Below, piece by piece: positions 1 through 11,902 of a stretch of 64,000 nt of DNA. Position numbers and translations under genes: made by a program. The first letter of the stretch is position 1. Every line of letters starts with the position of its first letter. The notes beneath the pieces were generated by a model, which had not been told where the DNA came from, made no database searches, and saw only the letters and a program-made list of their open reading frames with translations. This DNA is from Eledone cirrhosa (lineage: Eukaryota), in the NCBI GenBank assembly GCA_964016885.1, contig OZ024741.1, forward strand, positions 411,494,001-411,558,000, in the 5' to 3' direction.

Positions 1-1266
1 TACCGCAGAGTAAGAGCAATCTTAAGAACGGAATTGAATGCAAGGAATAGGATCGATGCCATAAACACGCTTGCCATACCAGTAGTAACCTACAGTTACA
101 ATGTCATCAACTGGTCAAGCACAGAGATCCGTAGGCTCGATACAAAAATTAGAAAATTCTTAACCATACACAGAATTCATCACCCTAAGGCAGATACAGA
201 TAGAATATATCTCCCTAGGAAAGAAGGAGGACGTGGGTTAATCCAGTTAGACATTGCGTTGAAAACTGCAACAATTGGATTATCTACATATCTAAGGGAA
301 TCACATGATTGGATGATCAAACTCGTTTTGAAACACGAAAGCATCAAAAGATCATATTCCATTACAAAAGATGCACAAAGATACAGTAATGGACTTCACA
401 TTTCAGAAGTCCCATTTACTGCTGAAATGGAAAACACAGAAAAAGCAAAGCAGGTAAAAGTAACTGCAAAGAAAGGACTGCTACAGAAACTGGCTAAGAA
501 ATGGCAAGAAAAGCCTCTGTATGGAAAATACCCAGAACGAGCTAACAATCCTGATGTTGACAAAACTTTAACCCATCAGTGGTTGGCATCCTCTGGACTG
601 AAATCGGAGACTGAAGGACTGATTATATCAGCACAAGATCAGTGTCTGCCAACAAAAAATTACCAACCCAACATAATAAAAAATGGATGCAGCCCATTAT
701 GCCGTGTATGTAAAAAACAACCAGAGACCATTGACCATATAATTTCAATGTGCAGTCCTATAGCTCCAACCGAATACCTAAACAGGCATGACAGAGCTGC
801 ACAATACATACATTGGATAATGTGTAAGCATTTTGACCTGCCCCATCAAAAGAATTGGTGGGAGCATCAACCACCTCCCATACTTGAAAAAGATCACATC
901 TCAATCTTGTGGAACTTTAGCATCCAAACAGACCGAAAAATAGATGCAAATAGACCTGATATAATATTGAAGGACTTTAAAAAGAGGGTATGCCTGCTAA
1001 TTGATATGTCCATTCCAATAGACAAGAATGTATCTATAAAAACATTTGAAAAATTGAGCAAGTATAAGGACCTGGAGATAGAAATTGGAAAAATGTGGAA
1101 ATTGAGAACTAAAACAATACCAGTGGTTGTAGGCGCTCTAGGAATGATACCTAAGGGGTCTAATGATTACTTATCGCAAATCCCAGGAAACCCGCGTATA
1201 GGAGAAATACAAAAGATAGTACTAATGGGAACTGCCCATATACTAAGGAAGATTCTGTCAATATAA
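1..1266 (+). CDS. C-terminal part of R4/Dong LINE polyprotein (RT thumb, CCHC zinc knuckle, PD-(D/E)xK endonuclease); 5'-incomplete
   Basis: Frame is open from base 1 (YRRVRAILRTELNARN). Motifs: RIYLPRKEGGRGL, CRVCKKQPETIDHIISMC, RHD, RPDII..LIDMSIP..KLSKYKDL. Confidence 0.9.
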   Translation, partial: YRRVRAILRTELNARNRIDAINTLAIPVVTYSYNVINWSSTEIRRLDTKIRKFLTIHRIHHPKADTDRIYLPRKEGGRGLIQLDIALKTATIGLSTYLRESHDWMIKLVLKHESIKRSYSITKDAQRYSNGLHISEVPFTAEMENTEKAKQVKVTAKKGLLQKLAKKWQEKPLYGKYPERANNPDVDKTLTHQWLASSGLKSETEGLIISAQDQCLPTKNYQPNIIKNGCSPLCRVCKKQPETIDHIISMCSPIAPTEYLNRHDRAAQYIHWIMCKHFDLPHQKNWWEHQPPPILEKDHISILWNFSIQTDRKIDANRPDIILKDFKKRVCLLIDMSIPIDKNVSIKTFEKLSKYKDLEIEIGKMWKLRTKTIPVVVGALGMIPKGSNDYLSQIPGNPRIGEIQKIVLMGTAHILRKILSI

Positions 1267-1409
1267 GTACATCACAAGTCTAAACACTAAAGATGCATGT
1301 GTGAGTATGTATGTTCTTTCTTGAACATGGCGGACCTTGTTGTCTCTTGAGGTCACTGGTTGTGACTTGGTGATAACTCGTATGAACATAAAGCAAGAAA
1401 AATGCAGCT

Positions 1410-1452
<43 letters not shown>
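1..1452 (+). mobile_element. 3' part of an RLE-type non-LTR retrotransposon (R4/Dong clade) with 3' UTR and (TAA)n tail
   Basis: ORF carries the post-RT region, a CCHC knuckle and a restriction-like endonuclease. It is followed by a ~145-bp UTR and (TAA)n at 1411-1452, as known for Dong-like elements. Confidence 0.9.
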
Positions 1453-1453
<1 letters not shown>

Positions 1454-1840
1454 CATAACGCACATGGTGGATATATATCGTTATGGAATCGCTCCCGTAA
1501 GTCTTTGATTTTTACTTCTTTAAAACAACTGTGATAGAATAATTCTTATTACAAATGAACAATAAGATGACAGTTTTCACGTTCAGCAAGCTATAACGCA
1601 TCACTTTACGGCATAGGACCCCAATATTTAATATTTAATTTTGGATCAGAAATGTTATAGTCGAAAAAGAGGAAAATGGCAAAATGGCTAAATAGCTAAA
1701 TAGCTAAATGGCTAAGTGGACAGACAGAAAAATAATTTCACCACCAACACCACTACCACGCTAAAAACTCTAGTCAAGTTACCTCAACTTCTATTTCTAC
1801 TTCAACTTCAACACCATCACTACAGTACTACGATCACATC

Positions 1841-1995
1841 ACCACCACCACTGCCTCATTATCGCTACCGCCGCTATTCTCTCCCACTACCTCCTGCTAA
1901 GTATTACTAGCAGAGCACCACCACCACCACCACCACCACCACCACTGCCTCATTATCACTACCGCTGCTATTCTCTCCCACTACCTCCTGCTAAG
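1841..1995 (+). repeat. Small tandem duplication (~60 bp, two copies) associated with (ACC)n
   Basis: accaccaccactgcctcattatc..ctattctctcccactacctcctgctaag occurs at ~1841 and ~1935. Confidence 0.8.
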
Positions 1996-2299
1996 ACATG
2001 CATCGTAGTGTCCCCACTAAAAGAGGAAGGCATCAAAAGATATAAATAGACTGATTTGATGACCCGGTCAAAAAATCAAAAAACCAAAAATCAAAATCAA
2101 AGCAGCACAGCAACAACGAAAAACGTAAAGAAAAGAAAAATTAAAAGAAAAACAAACAGTCGGACAGAGAAGGGAAGGGAAAAACTAAGTCAGACATTCA
2201 AACATTACATTACAATGAAACTTATGCTTATTCTTTTTTTTTTTTTTGCCTATTTGTTTGTTTGTTTATTTATGTTTGTCTACAGCGTGATAGTGCCAC

Positions 2300-5200
2300 A
2301 CAAAAATCACCGGGAGTGATGAAATCCCCGGTGGTTATGTAACCATACATTCACCAATCCTCGATAAGAGTGTTTAAATGTCGAACCTAAACAGTTCGAA
2401 TAACGGTGAAGTGGAGACTAGAATGTCATGTGACAGACTCTCACCCAACAGGTGCTCCCTGGCTCAGCAGCAGGGACCTGGCTGTCTACCAAATACTGCT
2501 GGTGTCGGAGGAAGAAGAAGAAGGAAAGGGACCAGAACCAACTGGACGAAAGAATTGAATAGAACTGTTATGCAATGTTACCTGAAGAGTAACCCCAAGG
2601 AGAAAGGCTATAGGAAACGGATGCGTAACATCTGGAACGAGATTGGTCTATTTAAATTAGATGAACAAAAATTGGCCGGGCAGGCTCAGGTAATAAGAAC
2701 TAATGGGTGGATAAGGGAGTTGGAACTGGAGGAACTGGGCAGAGAGATTAGGTTGGAAATGGAGAGTGGAGTATGCCAGGCAAACGAGCCAGTGGGAAAT
2801 GAAGGTGAAGAGGTTGAGAGAACGGAGGAACCATCCGAAGCAGACAATGATCTGAATGCTGAAATAAATAATACCTGGAACAAAGATACGGCCATTGAGG
2901 AGATGAATGCTGACGGGCTAGGACAAGATTTGGTTGATATCCTAAACTTAGTGGTAGATGAATTGAACAATGATAGTGGGAAACCTATGAACCTAAGATT
3001 TGTAGACAAGAAAACGTTAAAAGAAACAACAGCTAAGGTAAACAAAGTCATCCCATACCTTGAGGCGAGGAGCCTTCACCAGTGCAACAATATCCTCAAA
3101 GCAACAGCAAATGCGGTGAGGAAATTACTTGGTATAAAAGCAAGAGGAAACAACAAACAAGAAAGATCAGAGCCTTGATGGAAGAAACGACTGAATGGTC
3201 AAATCAGGGAAATGAGAAATGACATTGGAAAGCTTGATTCCCTACTGAATGGGACTCTAAAAAACATAGACACTAAAAATAGACTGGAAATAAAGTACAA
3301 AACTAGGAGGAAAAAGCTAAATATTATCATAGAGGAACTGAAGCAACGCATTGTAGCAAAGAGTGCAAAAATTAGGCGATACGAGAGCAGAGTCAGTCAG
3401 TATAGACAGAACCGCATGTTTGACAACAACTAGAAGATGCTGTTTGGACAGCTTGAAGGGAAAGAAAGAGGCAATGACTTGATCCCTGAGGCGGAACAAA
3501 CTAAAACATTCTGGAGAGGAATATGGGAGCAGGATGTTAAACATAATGACCAGGCAGTGTGGATTGAGACAGTACAGAAGGAGATTAGTGAACAGGCACA
3601 CCAACAAACTGATTTGAGTATCACAGTTGAAACTCTTAAGGGGCAGGCCAAAAAACTAACTTACTGGAAATCACCAGGCCCAGATGGTGTGCAGGGGTAT
3701 TGGATTAAAAATATAACATCCCTCCACCCTAAACTGACAACCATGTTCAATGACTGCTTGATGTCAGGTGAGGTACCAGAGTAGTTGACAAAAGGTACCA
3801 CAGTTCTGATAATGAAAGACCGAATCAAGGGTAATGATGTTACCAACTCTAGACCTATCACATGTCTGTCCGTAATGTGTAAACTGTTGACAAGTATTAT
3901 GTCTGAGGAAATCTACCATCACCTCCACACAAACAACTTGTTACCGGACGAACAGAAAGGATGCTGAAAGAAGTCCCGTGGTACAAAGGACCAGCTACTT
4001 ATTGATAAGATGGTAATGAGGAATTGCAAGAGGTGACACACTGGTCTTGCCATGGGATGGATAGACTACAAAAAGGCATTTGACATGGTGCCTCATTCTT
4101 GGATCACCAAAAGCCTAGAGATCTTCAAGGTGGCAGATAACATCAGACAGTTGGGCAAAAGTATGAAGTCCTGGGAAACAGAGTTAACATCAGCTGGAGA
4201 ATCATTGGGAGGCGTGAAGATCAAGAGAGGTATCTTCCAGGGAGATAGTCTGTCCCCTCTGTTGTTTGTCCTTGCCCTGATGCCCCTGACCATTATACTG
4301 CGAAAAGTGAGAGCAGGATACAAGTTGGGAAAGGGAGAGCTTACCATCTTTATGGACGATCTTAACTCTTCGGGAAGAGTGAGAAGGAGTTGGATGTGCT
4401 TGTTGACACTGTCCGTATTTTCAGCAATGATATATGTATGCAATTTGGTATTAGTAAGTGTGGAGTCCTTGTGATGAAGAGGGGTAAATTGAGCAGAAGC
4501 AACGGAATCCAGGTACCAACAGGTGAGATGATAAAGGAAATTGACACTGAAGAAGGATACAAGTATTTGGGTGTACTGGAGGCTGATGACATCAAGAACA
4601 AAAAAATGAAGGAATTGATAAGATCTGAATACATTCGGAGAGTAAGGAGCGTATTAAAGCAGGAATACCATAAGTGCAGTAAATTCCCGAGCTGTGTCTA
4701 TTATTAGGTACAGTGCGGGAATTCTGAGATGGAATGTTGCTGAACAAAAAGAAATGGATAGGAAGACTAGGAAGCTATTGACTATCTACAACATGTTCCA
4801 CAAGAGGAGTGATATCGATAGACTCTACTTAAGGAGATCTGAAGGTGGAAGAGGTCTTATCAGCATAGAGGACTGTGTTCAGATGGAGAAAAACAACCTA
4901 CACAAATACGTGACTGATAGTAAGGAGCCAATGCTCAGAACTGTACTGAAGGAGGGGACAATAGACCAGGGGATGTCCAAGGAGGAAATAACAACAAGGA
5001 GAAAGAGCAGCCTTCATGAAAAATCCCTTTATAGTACCTTCTTTGAGAAAACTGAATTCAGAGATCCACAGACATGGAACTGGTTGAAAAGAGGAGACCT
5101 TAAAAAGGCTACAGAAGGAATGCTAATGGCTGCGCAAGAGCAGGCCCTCAAAACGAAGTGGTTGAAACACCATATTTACAAGGAGGAGGCTAGCCCACTG

Positions 5201-5853
5201 TGCAGGATCTGTGGAGTGAGAGAGGAGACTGTGGCTCACATTGTATCCGAGTGTAAACACCTAGCCCAGACTCACTATAAGGGCTGGAGATGTGATGTGA
5301 TGGGCAGGGTGATCCACTGGCACCTATGCAAAGTAAACAATTTACCACATTCTGAGAAGTGGTATGAGCATAAGCCAGAGTCAGTGATAGAAAACGACCA
5401 GGTGAAGGTGCTGTGGGATTTTAGGATACAGACGGACAAGAAACTGGAACACAATAGACCTGACCTGGTGATTTTGGACAAGGAAAAAAGATCGTGCCTG
5501 ATTGTGGATGTGGCCTGCCCATTCGACATGAGAGTGCAAGAGAAGGAGAGGGAGAAAATTAACCGATACCAGGACTTAAAGTGGGAGGTAAAAAGGATTT
5601 GGAACTGCCATGAAGTCAAAGTGGTCCCGATTGTCATAGGCGCACTAGGTACTATCTCAAAACGTTTCCAGGGATGGTTAAAGAAAATTGGCCCCTTCAC
5701 GCTTTTTGGAACGCTTCAAAAGGCATGCTTGCTGGGAACAGCAAGAACCCTCCGATACATCCTGAATATCTGAGGCTGCAGGTAGTGGCTTGATATTCAT
5801 TTCAACAAACTTTCCAGTTAACTAACATCAATGACTGAGACTCAAAGAACAAC

Positions 5854-5885
<32 letters not shown>
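2300..5885 (+). mobile_element. Near full-length, degenerate R4/Dong RLE LINE (second family) with (AAT)n tail
   Basis: Collinear ORF fragments 2378-5773, a short 3' UTR and (AAT)n at ~5851-5885. The 5' boundary is approximate. Confidence 0.9.
2378..5773 (+). pseudogene. Disrupted RT-CCHC-RLE polyprotein of the Dong/R4 element
   Basis: Motifs KSPGPDG, RPITCL, WIDYKKAFDMVPH, RGIFQGDSLSPLLF, FMDDL, YKYLG, CRICGVREETVAHIVSEC, RPDLV..VDVACP..KINRYQDL. In-frame stops at ~3176, 3431, 3782 and 3965, plus frameshifts. Confidence 0.9.
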
Positions 5886-5888
<3 letters not shown>

Positions 5889-6187
5889 TTTCTTTATTGG
5901 CCACAAGGGCTGACATTAAGAAAAACATTACAGACGGCACAGGACGAAACAGGACGGTACGATGTGGGTTCTGTGCGTGTAAAGATTTTTATTATTTATA
6001 TAAAAAAAAGAAAAAAAGACATAGAAACATATATATATATAAACAATAAAAATGAAAATTGAAACAATGAAAAATTCCCCAATAGGGGGAAACCTCCGAA
6101 TGTTACTCGTGGCGAAATCCACAAAAGACCACAGGCCACCCTGACCACCAGGTCAAGCGCCCTCTCTCAATTTTTCCATTTCTCAAA

Positions 6188-9100
6188 CTACAGGCGTATA
6201 TTCAGAGCAGTCCCGTTCACTCGGACCATTATCGCTACATTCACCCACCTTTCAACAAACTTGCTAGAAGGCAGCACTTGCCTCTCCACCCTGATTTTCC
6301 TCTTCAAGTGAAACTTGAAAAAGTTAATCAGGGATTCGCCGAAGAGGAAAGTATCTGTCTTTAACCCTTTCAACCTTGTCCAGCACACAATCTCTTTCGC
6401 CATGGCCACCAGGCAGATGAAAACCGCCTGCCCTTCCTCCTCGAAGGAAGACGGCGAGACCATTTGCACAATGGACTCAGTCAATAACCGGATCAGTCCT
6501 ACACGCGACAGCAACTGTTCGACATAGCTCCACAAGTCAGCAATGCTCGGGCACTGAACGAGTCCCTGGTAGCACTGCCAAGCCAGGGATTTTTGGAAGT
6601 TATCCATAAGCCTCGGGCTGAAAGTTCTCCGGAAGAGAGCAAACAGCTGATCTTCTTCGATGCCCAGGATCTCTCCAAGAATGTTGTCGCTCTTCCCCTC
6701 CACTAGTCCTCTATAGAACGCCGAGGTGGATGTTCCACCGATACTGGTGCCCAGCTGGCACAGGGCAGTGAGCGCCTGGAGACATTCCAGTTTCCAAGCG
6801 CTATCCCTCGGTCTTTTCCTGACCCAGGACTGCAGCTCCGTCAAGGAGATGAGCTGTGGGAAAATGTGCCTGGCGAATGGCGACCACACCTGTTCACCAT
6901 CAAGGAAGCACCAGAGATGTCGCAGCCTCAGCGCATGTTTGCGCATCATCAGCCATGGCATGCTCAGTCCTCCATGCAACGTGTGTTGACAGCAGATGGA
7001 TCGTCTGACAATGGGAGTGCGTCCCTTCCACAAAAAGCGGAAGAGGAGGCGCTCCATTTTGGTGAGAGTTGGGCTGGAGCAAGGGACGACGGTGAGGCGG
7101 TAGCAGATGACGGATGCGATGTACGCATTCGCCACCTCCGCCCGGCCTTTCAGGGACAGCTTCCTCTCGGCCCATTCCTGGGTGAGGGAGGTCACCTTGC
7201 TCATCACCTCGTTCCAGTTTCTCTCCATCTGGAGGTCCGCTCCGAACCAGACCCCGAGCAATTTAACCGGTCCGTCCGTCCAACGCCCCACGACGCTGTC
7301 GGACGGCATGGACTTGCCTCTCCAGGTGCAAGCCCACCGACTTTTCCTGGTTTATCTTTGCTCCTGTCACCGCTTCGTATTCCTTGAGAGCGGTGCCAAG
7401 CATCTGGACGTGTCTGGTGCTCGACACCACCACGGTGACGTCGTCAGCGTAAGCCGACTCGGATTTCCCGCATCCTAGTTCGCGTGGGACGCCCCTCATT
7501 GCCCCAGTTTGTGCAGTAACGTCTCGAGAGCCAATACGTACAAGAGGGACGAGAGGGGACAACCCTGGCGGACTGAGCGCATGATGCTGAATGGCTGCAA
7601 CAGGTGACCATTCACCCTCACAACTGAGCAGATGTCGCTGTACATCGCAGCGATCCAGCCCCTGAAAACGGGCCCCGAAACCAGCTGCCTCGAGGACTGC
7701 TGCCAGGTACCAATGGTTGACCCTATCGAATGCTTTGGATTGATCCAAGTTGATCAGGGCCCCACCCGTGCCAGGTTCCTTAACCACTCTCTCTATAATG
7801 TATCGCATGAGGTGGAGGTTGTCGTGTATGGATCGGTCCGGAATGGCGCATGTCTGCGCCTCTCCCACCAGACCTTTGACGACAAGCGCCAACCTCGTTT
7901 CTAACACCTTGGCTAAAATCTTGAACTCTGCGTTTAGTAGGGTTATGGGCCTGAAGTTATCAATAACATCCCCCTTGTTCGGGTCTTTTCTCAGCAGCAC
8001 CACCGCCCCCCGGCTCACAAAACTAGGAATGGTCCCGTTCTGCTGCCAGTTGCAGTAGACAAGTCTGGCATAAATGCATAAAGCTCGTAGGGCAGACCAT
8101 CCAAACCTGGCGATTTACCCCTCGTGCAGTTAGCCATCGCCTCCCGTATTTCACCGGCTGTTATGGGCTTTCTGCAACACTGTGTTGCGGTCGTCGAGAG
8201 CCGAGGCAGTCCATCGAGGTATGCACTGAAGTCCATGCCCCGATCCGGGCCGCCGCTGCTCCCGAACAGTTTAGCAAAGTGCTGCTGAAAAGCTTCCCAC
8301 ATATGCTCTGGTTCAAGCAACACGCACCTGTTTTGGTCAGATAAAGACCGAATTGTGGCTTTGTTGCCACGTCGTGCCTCTGCCATTCGGGCCCATTGGA
8401 TGGATTTTGTCCCCTCGTGTTTCAGAGCACGCGCTCTAGCTCTGACAACGCAGCCTTCGTGTTTTGCGTTGAAGAATTGGTCGAGTGCCAATCTCGCCGC
8501 AAGTACGTCGGTTGCGATGCCTGTCCTAAACGCCTCTTCTAGCTTTCTGACTAGCTCTCCCTCTACTCTATTTTCCTCTATCACTACTCCTTTACTAAAC
8601 CTAATCGACTCTACTTTAATTGCCCTTTTCAGGGCGAACCACCACCTGTTGTTGACGATCGCTCCCGTCAACGCCCGCTTAACTAATACGCTAATCCGGT
8701 CTCTGTAGGCTTTGCGCGCCGGGAAAGACGCGTTCAGCTTCCAGTAACCAGGCCCTTGTCTATGAAGTCTGTCTATGTCGATCTCACAGATCACAAATTT
8801 GTGGTCTGTGTAGTCAACTATTTTAAATTGTGGACAACTTATTCTAGCCTTATCTAGTTCTCTGCAGAATACCCTATCGAGATACGATCTGGATGACCCG
8901 ATGCGGTTTGTCCATGTCCACATTGGCACATTCGGGTGATCCAGTCGATACCTGTCAGACAGTTCAAAACGTCTGAGCAGGTTGGTGAGGCTCTTGCACC
9001 CTCCTCCCCTATCCACTAGCCCCACACGATCCCAGCGTGCATCCAAGATACTGTTCCAGTCGCCCACTAACACTAAAGAGCGGGACGTTCCAAGAAAGGT

Positions 9101-9473
9101 CTCTAGACGTCTAAAGAAATCTGGCTGTCCTGTCGGGGCATAGACGGCTACTAGCCTGAAAGCGTTGCCTTCGGTGCCGCTTAGGTCCAGCACCACCGAC
9201 TTACCTTCTGAATCCAGGAAGATGGTCCTATGGCGAGACCCAAGCCTTTCCGAAACAACACAGCCACTCCGCCCCCGCTCCCGGACGGCTCGGAGATGCG
9301 TACACCTCATAACTGTCGAAGATCGGTGCGAAGGCTTGCGTTTCGAAGATTCTCATCTCGCTGATGGCCACCACATCTATGTTTAGTGACCTGAGGTCGT
9401 TAAGCAAGAGACCCTGCTTCCAAACCGAGCTCAAGCCACGCACGTTTACACTTCCGATCCTGAATACGGCCAT
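6188..9473 (-). pseudogene. Tx1-like ORF2 (AP endonuclease + reverse transcriptase), frameshifted
   Basis: APE: MAVFRIGSVNVRGL, VVAISE, GDWN, YLDRVF, TDH. RT: KSPGLDGLP, NFRPITLLNAEFKILAK, LDQSKAFD, YADD. Thumb: KLLGVWF, W..RKLSLKGR. Confidence 0.9.
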
Positions 9474-9509
9474 GTTGGGTGAGGAACGGGGCAAGTGAGA
9501 AAGGATCAC

Positions 9510-10557
9510 TTACCTTGATCGTCTGGTGAAGGGAGGGACCGTTGAATCGTCCCTTCGGCTGGTCGTCGGCTCTTCTGTGAGTATATCCGAGTATACTCTC
9601 CGGTTGAGTGTCCCTCCTAGGTCTCTGAAATCACCAACTGCGTTGGGGAATCTCATTTTAATGTTTGTGTATTGTTTCTGTGATCTTCTTACCAGTCTTA
9701 TGTTTGTTGGTGTTTTGATTGGTGCTGGTATTATGTAGTCGTGCTGCGAAATGTCTGTGTTCAATTATGTAAGTCATTAGTTTCTTGTGTGTATTTATTG
9801 CTGGGCATTTCTTTTTCTGGGGGTGGGGTGTGGTTCTGCTATTTTCTTGTCGTTGTTGCTGGGTGTGTGTGTTTTGTTGTTGTGTTTGCGATGTTGGTGC
9901 TTGTGGTGGTGTTGTCGAAGGTGTTGTTGTTGTTGGCGGTGGGGTTGCCGCCGGAGGTGATGGCAATGCTAGTGTGGGTGGTGATGGTGTTGGTGGTGTT
10001 GCTGCTGTAAGTCTCTTTGCAGTAGCCTTTACCCTTTTTTCATTTCTTCCCTCCCTTTTCGAAGGCGACGATGTGCTGTTTCTGCGTTTGTGCCAACACC
10101 ATTTCCTCGTTCCTTAGGGTCACTAAGGATTGAGCCGTTGCTTCCTGGGGTGTGGCAAAAAGCACGTCCACGGTGGCATATTTCTTGCCTCGGGTGATAT
10201 GTGTTTTCCGCTGCCACACAGGCCCTAAAGCTTTTTGTATTTGAGCCTCTGTGGCTCTTTCAACCCTACGTGATTTTGTGCTTACTGTACGGTACGTGAC
10301 CGTACAGTGCTGTTGGGTTTCGAAAAATTCTTCGGCTGCCTTACAGATTACTCGGTGTCCAGTTTTCGTCACCATCTTCCTTGCTTCCTATAATTCTTCG
10401 TTTGATATAAGGATGGTTTCCAGGTCCTTTGCGATACCTGCAAACGAGATTGATTTTTCTTTCTTGTTGTTGTTGTTGTTGTCGTCGTCAGAGCTGCTGT
10501 TACTTTTGTTGTTGCTGCTGGTACTACGACCGCCACCGCCGCTGTTGCTGTGGTTGT

Positions 10558-10589
<32 letters not shown>

Positions 10590-10950
10590 TTGCTGCTGCT
10601 GATGTTGTTGCGGCTGCTACTAGTATTTTTCTCACCACTGTTGCTGCTGCTGTTATTACGGCTGCTGCTGCTATTCTTCATGACGTCAGACGAATGAGAT
10701 GGCTTTCCGTATTTACCGCACACATCTTTCGTTGTCGTCGAGAAACGTTCCACGGCACGCGTGTTCTCTTGATGAAGAACGCTACGAGAAACTACATTTT
10801 TCTTTAATGGTGTCGCTTGTGAAAGAGGCGACACCACATTTAGAGAAGGGAGGGAAAGAGACAATCTTTTCTCTGACGTAATGACGATTGGGGAAGAAGA
10901 CGGAAGGAGTGGGAGTGACTTGTGAAAATTCATTTTTGTAGCCATGTTTT
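9510..10950 (-). pseudogene. Putative ORF1 of the Tx1-like LINE, fragmented, with S/N/T/Q low-complexity tracts
   Basis: Consecutive minus-strand ORF pieces (10388-10981, 10040-10375, 9658-9966, 9510-9764) lie directly upstream of ORF2. No domain confidently recognised. Confidence 0.55.
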
Positions 10951-11186
10951 TTTTACGGTTTAAAATGAATATTGGGCACAAAACCCCAATAACTGGTTAT
11001 TTAACCCCGAAGGGCCAAATAGCGGGCAGAAAAACCCCTCTCACAAGGAGGAGGGTGTTTTTATCTACAATTTGGTTCAAGTTTTAAACAATTTACAATT
11101 GTTATAATGGTTAAAAATTACTATACCTTACAGAGCCGAGCCTCCGTCAACCATGGCATTCAATAATCATAATAATAATAATATTA

Positions 11187-11520
11187 ATGAGAGTGCAAGA
11201 AAAGGAGAGGGAAAAAATTAACCGTCACCAGGACTTAAAGTGGGAGGTAAAAAGGATTTGGAACTGACATGAAGTTAGAGTCGTCCCGATTGTCATAGGC
11301 GCACTAGGGACTATCTCAAAGAGTTTCCAAGGATGATTAAAGAAAGTTAGTCCAGCCCCGCTTTTTGGAACACTTCAAAAGGCATGCTTGCTGGGAACAG
11401 CAAGAACCCTCCGATACGTCCTGAATATCTGAGGCTGCAGGTAGAGGCTTGATGTTCATTTCAACAAACTTTCCAGTTAAATAACATCAATGACTGAGAC
11501 TCAAAGAACAATAATAATGA
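11187..11520 (+). mobile_element. 5'-truncated copy of the second Dong/R4 family (endonuclease end + 3' UTR)
   Basis: Highly similar to 5528-5860, e.g. ggacttaaagtgggaggtaaaaaggatttggaactg and ctgaatatctgaggctgcaggtag..gactcaaagaacaataataat. Confidence 0.92.
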
Positions 11521-11640
11521 TATTATAGTGTACAGTGCTCAGCTGCACTACAACTCATCAAAGATGCATGTATAGCACATAGAATGATGTATAAATGTCT
11601 GAAAGTGAACATGATATACATGCGTGTGTGTGTATGGAAG
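11521..11640 (-). mobile_element. Short 3'-UTR fragment of the CR1/L2-group LINE seen at 16.3-18.4 kb
   Basis: gtgtacagtgctcag.tgcactacaactcatcaaagatgcatgtatag matches ~16600-16650. Confidence 0.7.
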
Positions 11641-11769
11641 GACAGATACTTTCTCTCCCCAAAACCAGTTTTATTAGAAATACTGTAACAAAGAGGTTTA
11701 TATCAACCCCACACAATATTAACACAGACACTTTCTCTCTCCAATAACCAGTTTTACTTATATTTTCAG

Positions 11770-11869
11770 ATTGAAATGATACAAGTTACTCTGTCAAAAT
11801 TCCATTCACGTGCTGCAAAGTTTTCCTGCACCATTATCAAATCTGAACCCACGGATCCAGATTCTGTTG
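11770..11869 (+). CDS. Host gene exon A (phase 0 in, 1 out): IEMIQVTLSKFHSRAAKFSCTIIKSEPTDPDSV
   Basis: Acceptor tattttcag|, donor |gtagga. Only one frame is open, and its phase matches the next exon. Confidence 0.75.
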
Positions 11870-11902
11870 GTAGGAAATGATTACATTATAATGTATTAGT
11901 AG

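Larger units (their letters stand above)
5886..11160 (-). mobile_element. Near full-length L1/Tx1-clade LINE (ORF1 + APE-RT ORF2), degenerate, inserted in an (AAT)n tract
   Basis: ORF2 has APE and RT motifs, with an upstream low-complexity ORF1. AAT repeats flank both sides (5851-5888, 11161-11186). Confidence 0.88.

Noticed and set aside
6315-8708. Plus-strand ORFs overlapping the Tx1 element, and antisense ORFs over the Dong and RTE elements
   Set aside because: These are shadow ORFs opposite recognisable retrotransposon coding sequence, with no motifs of their own.
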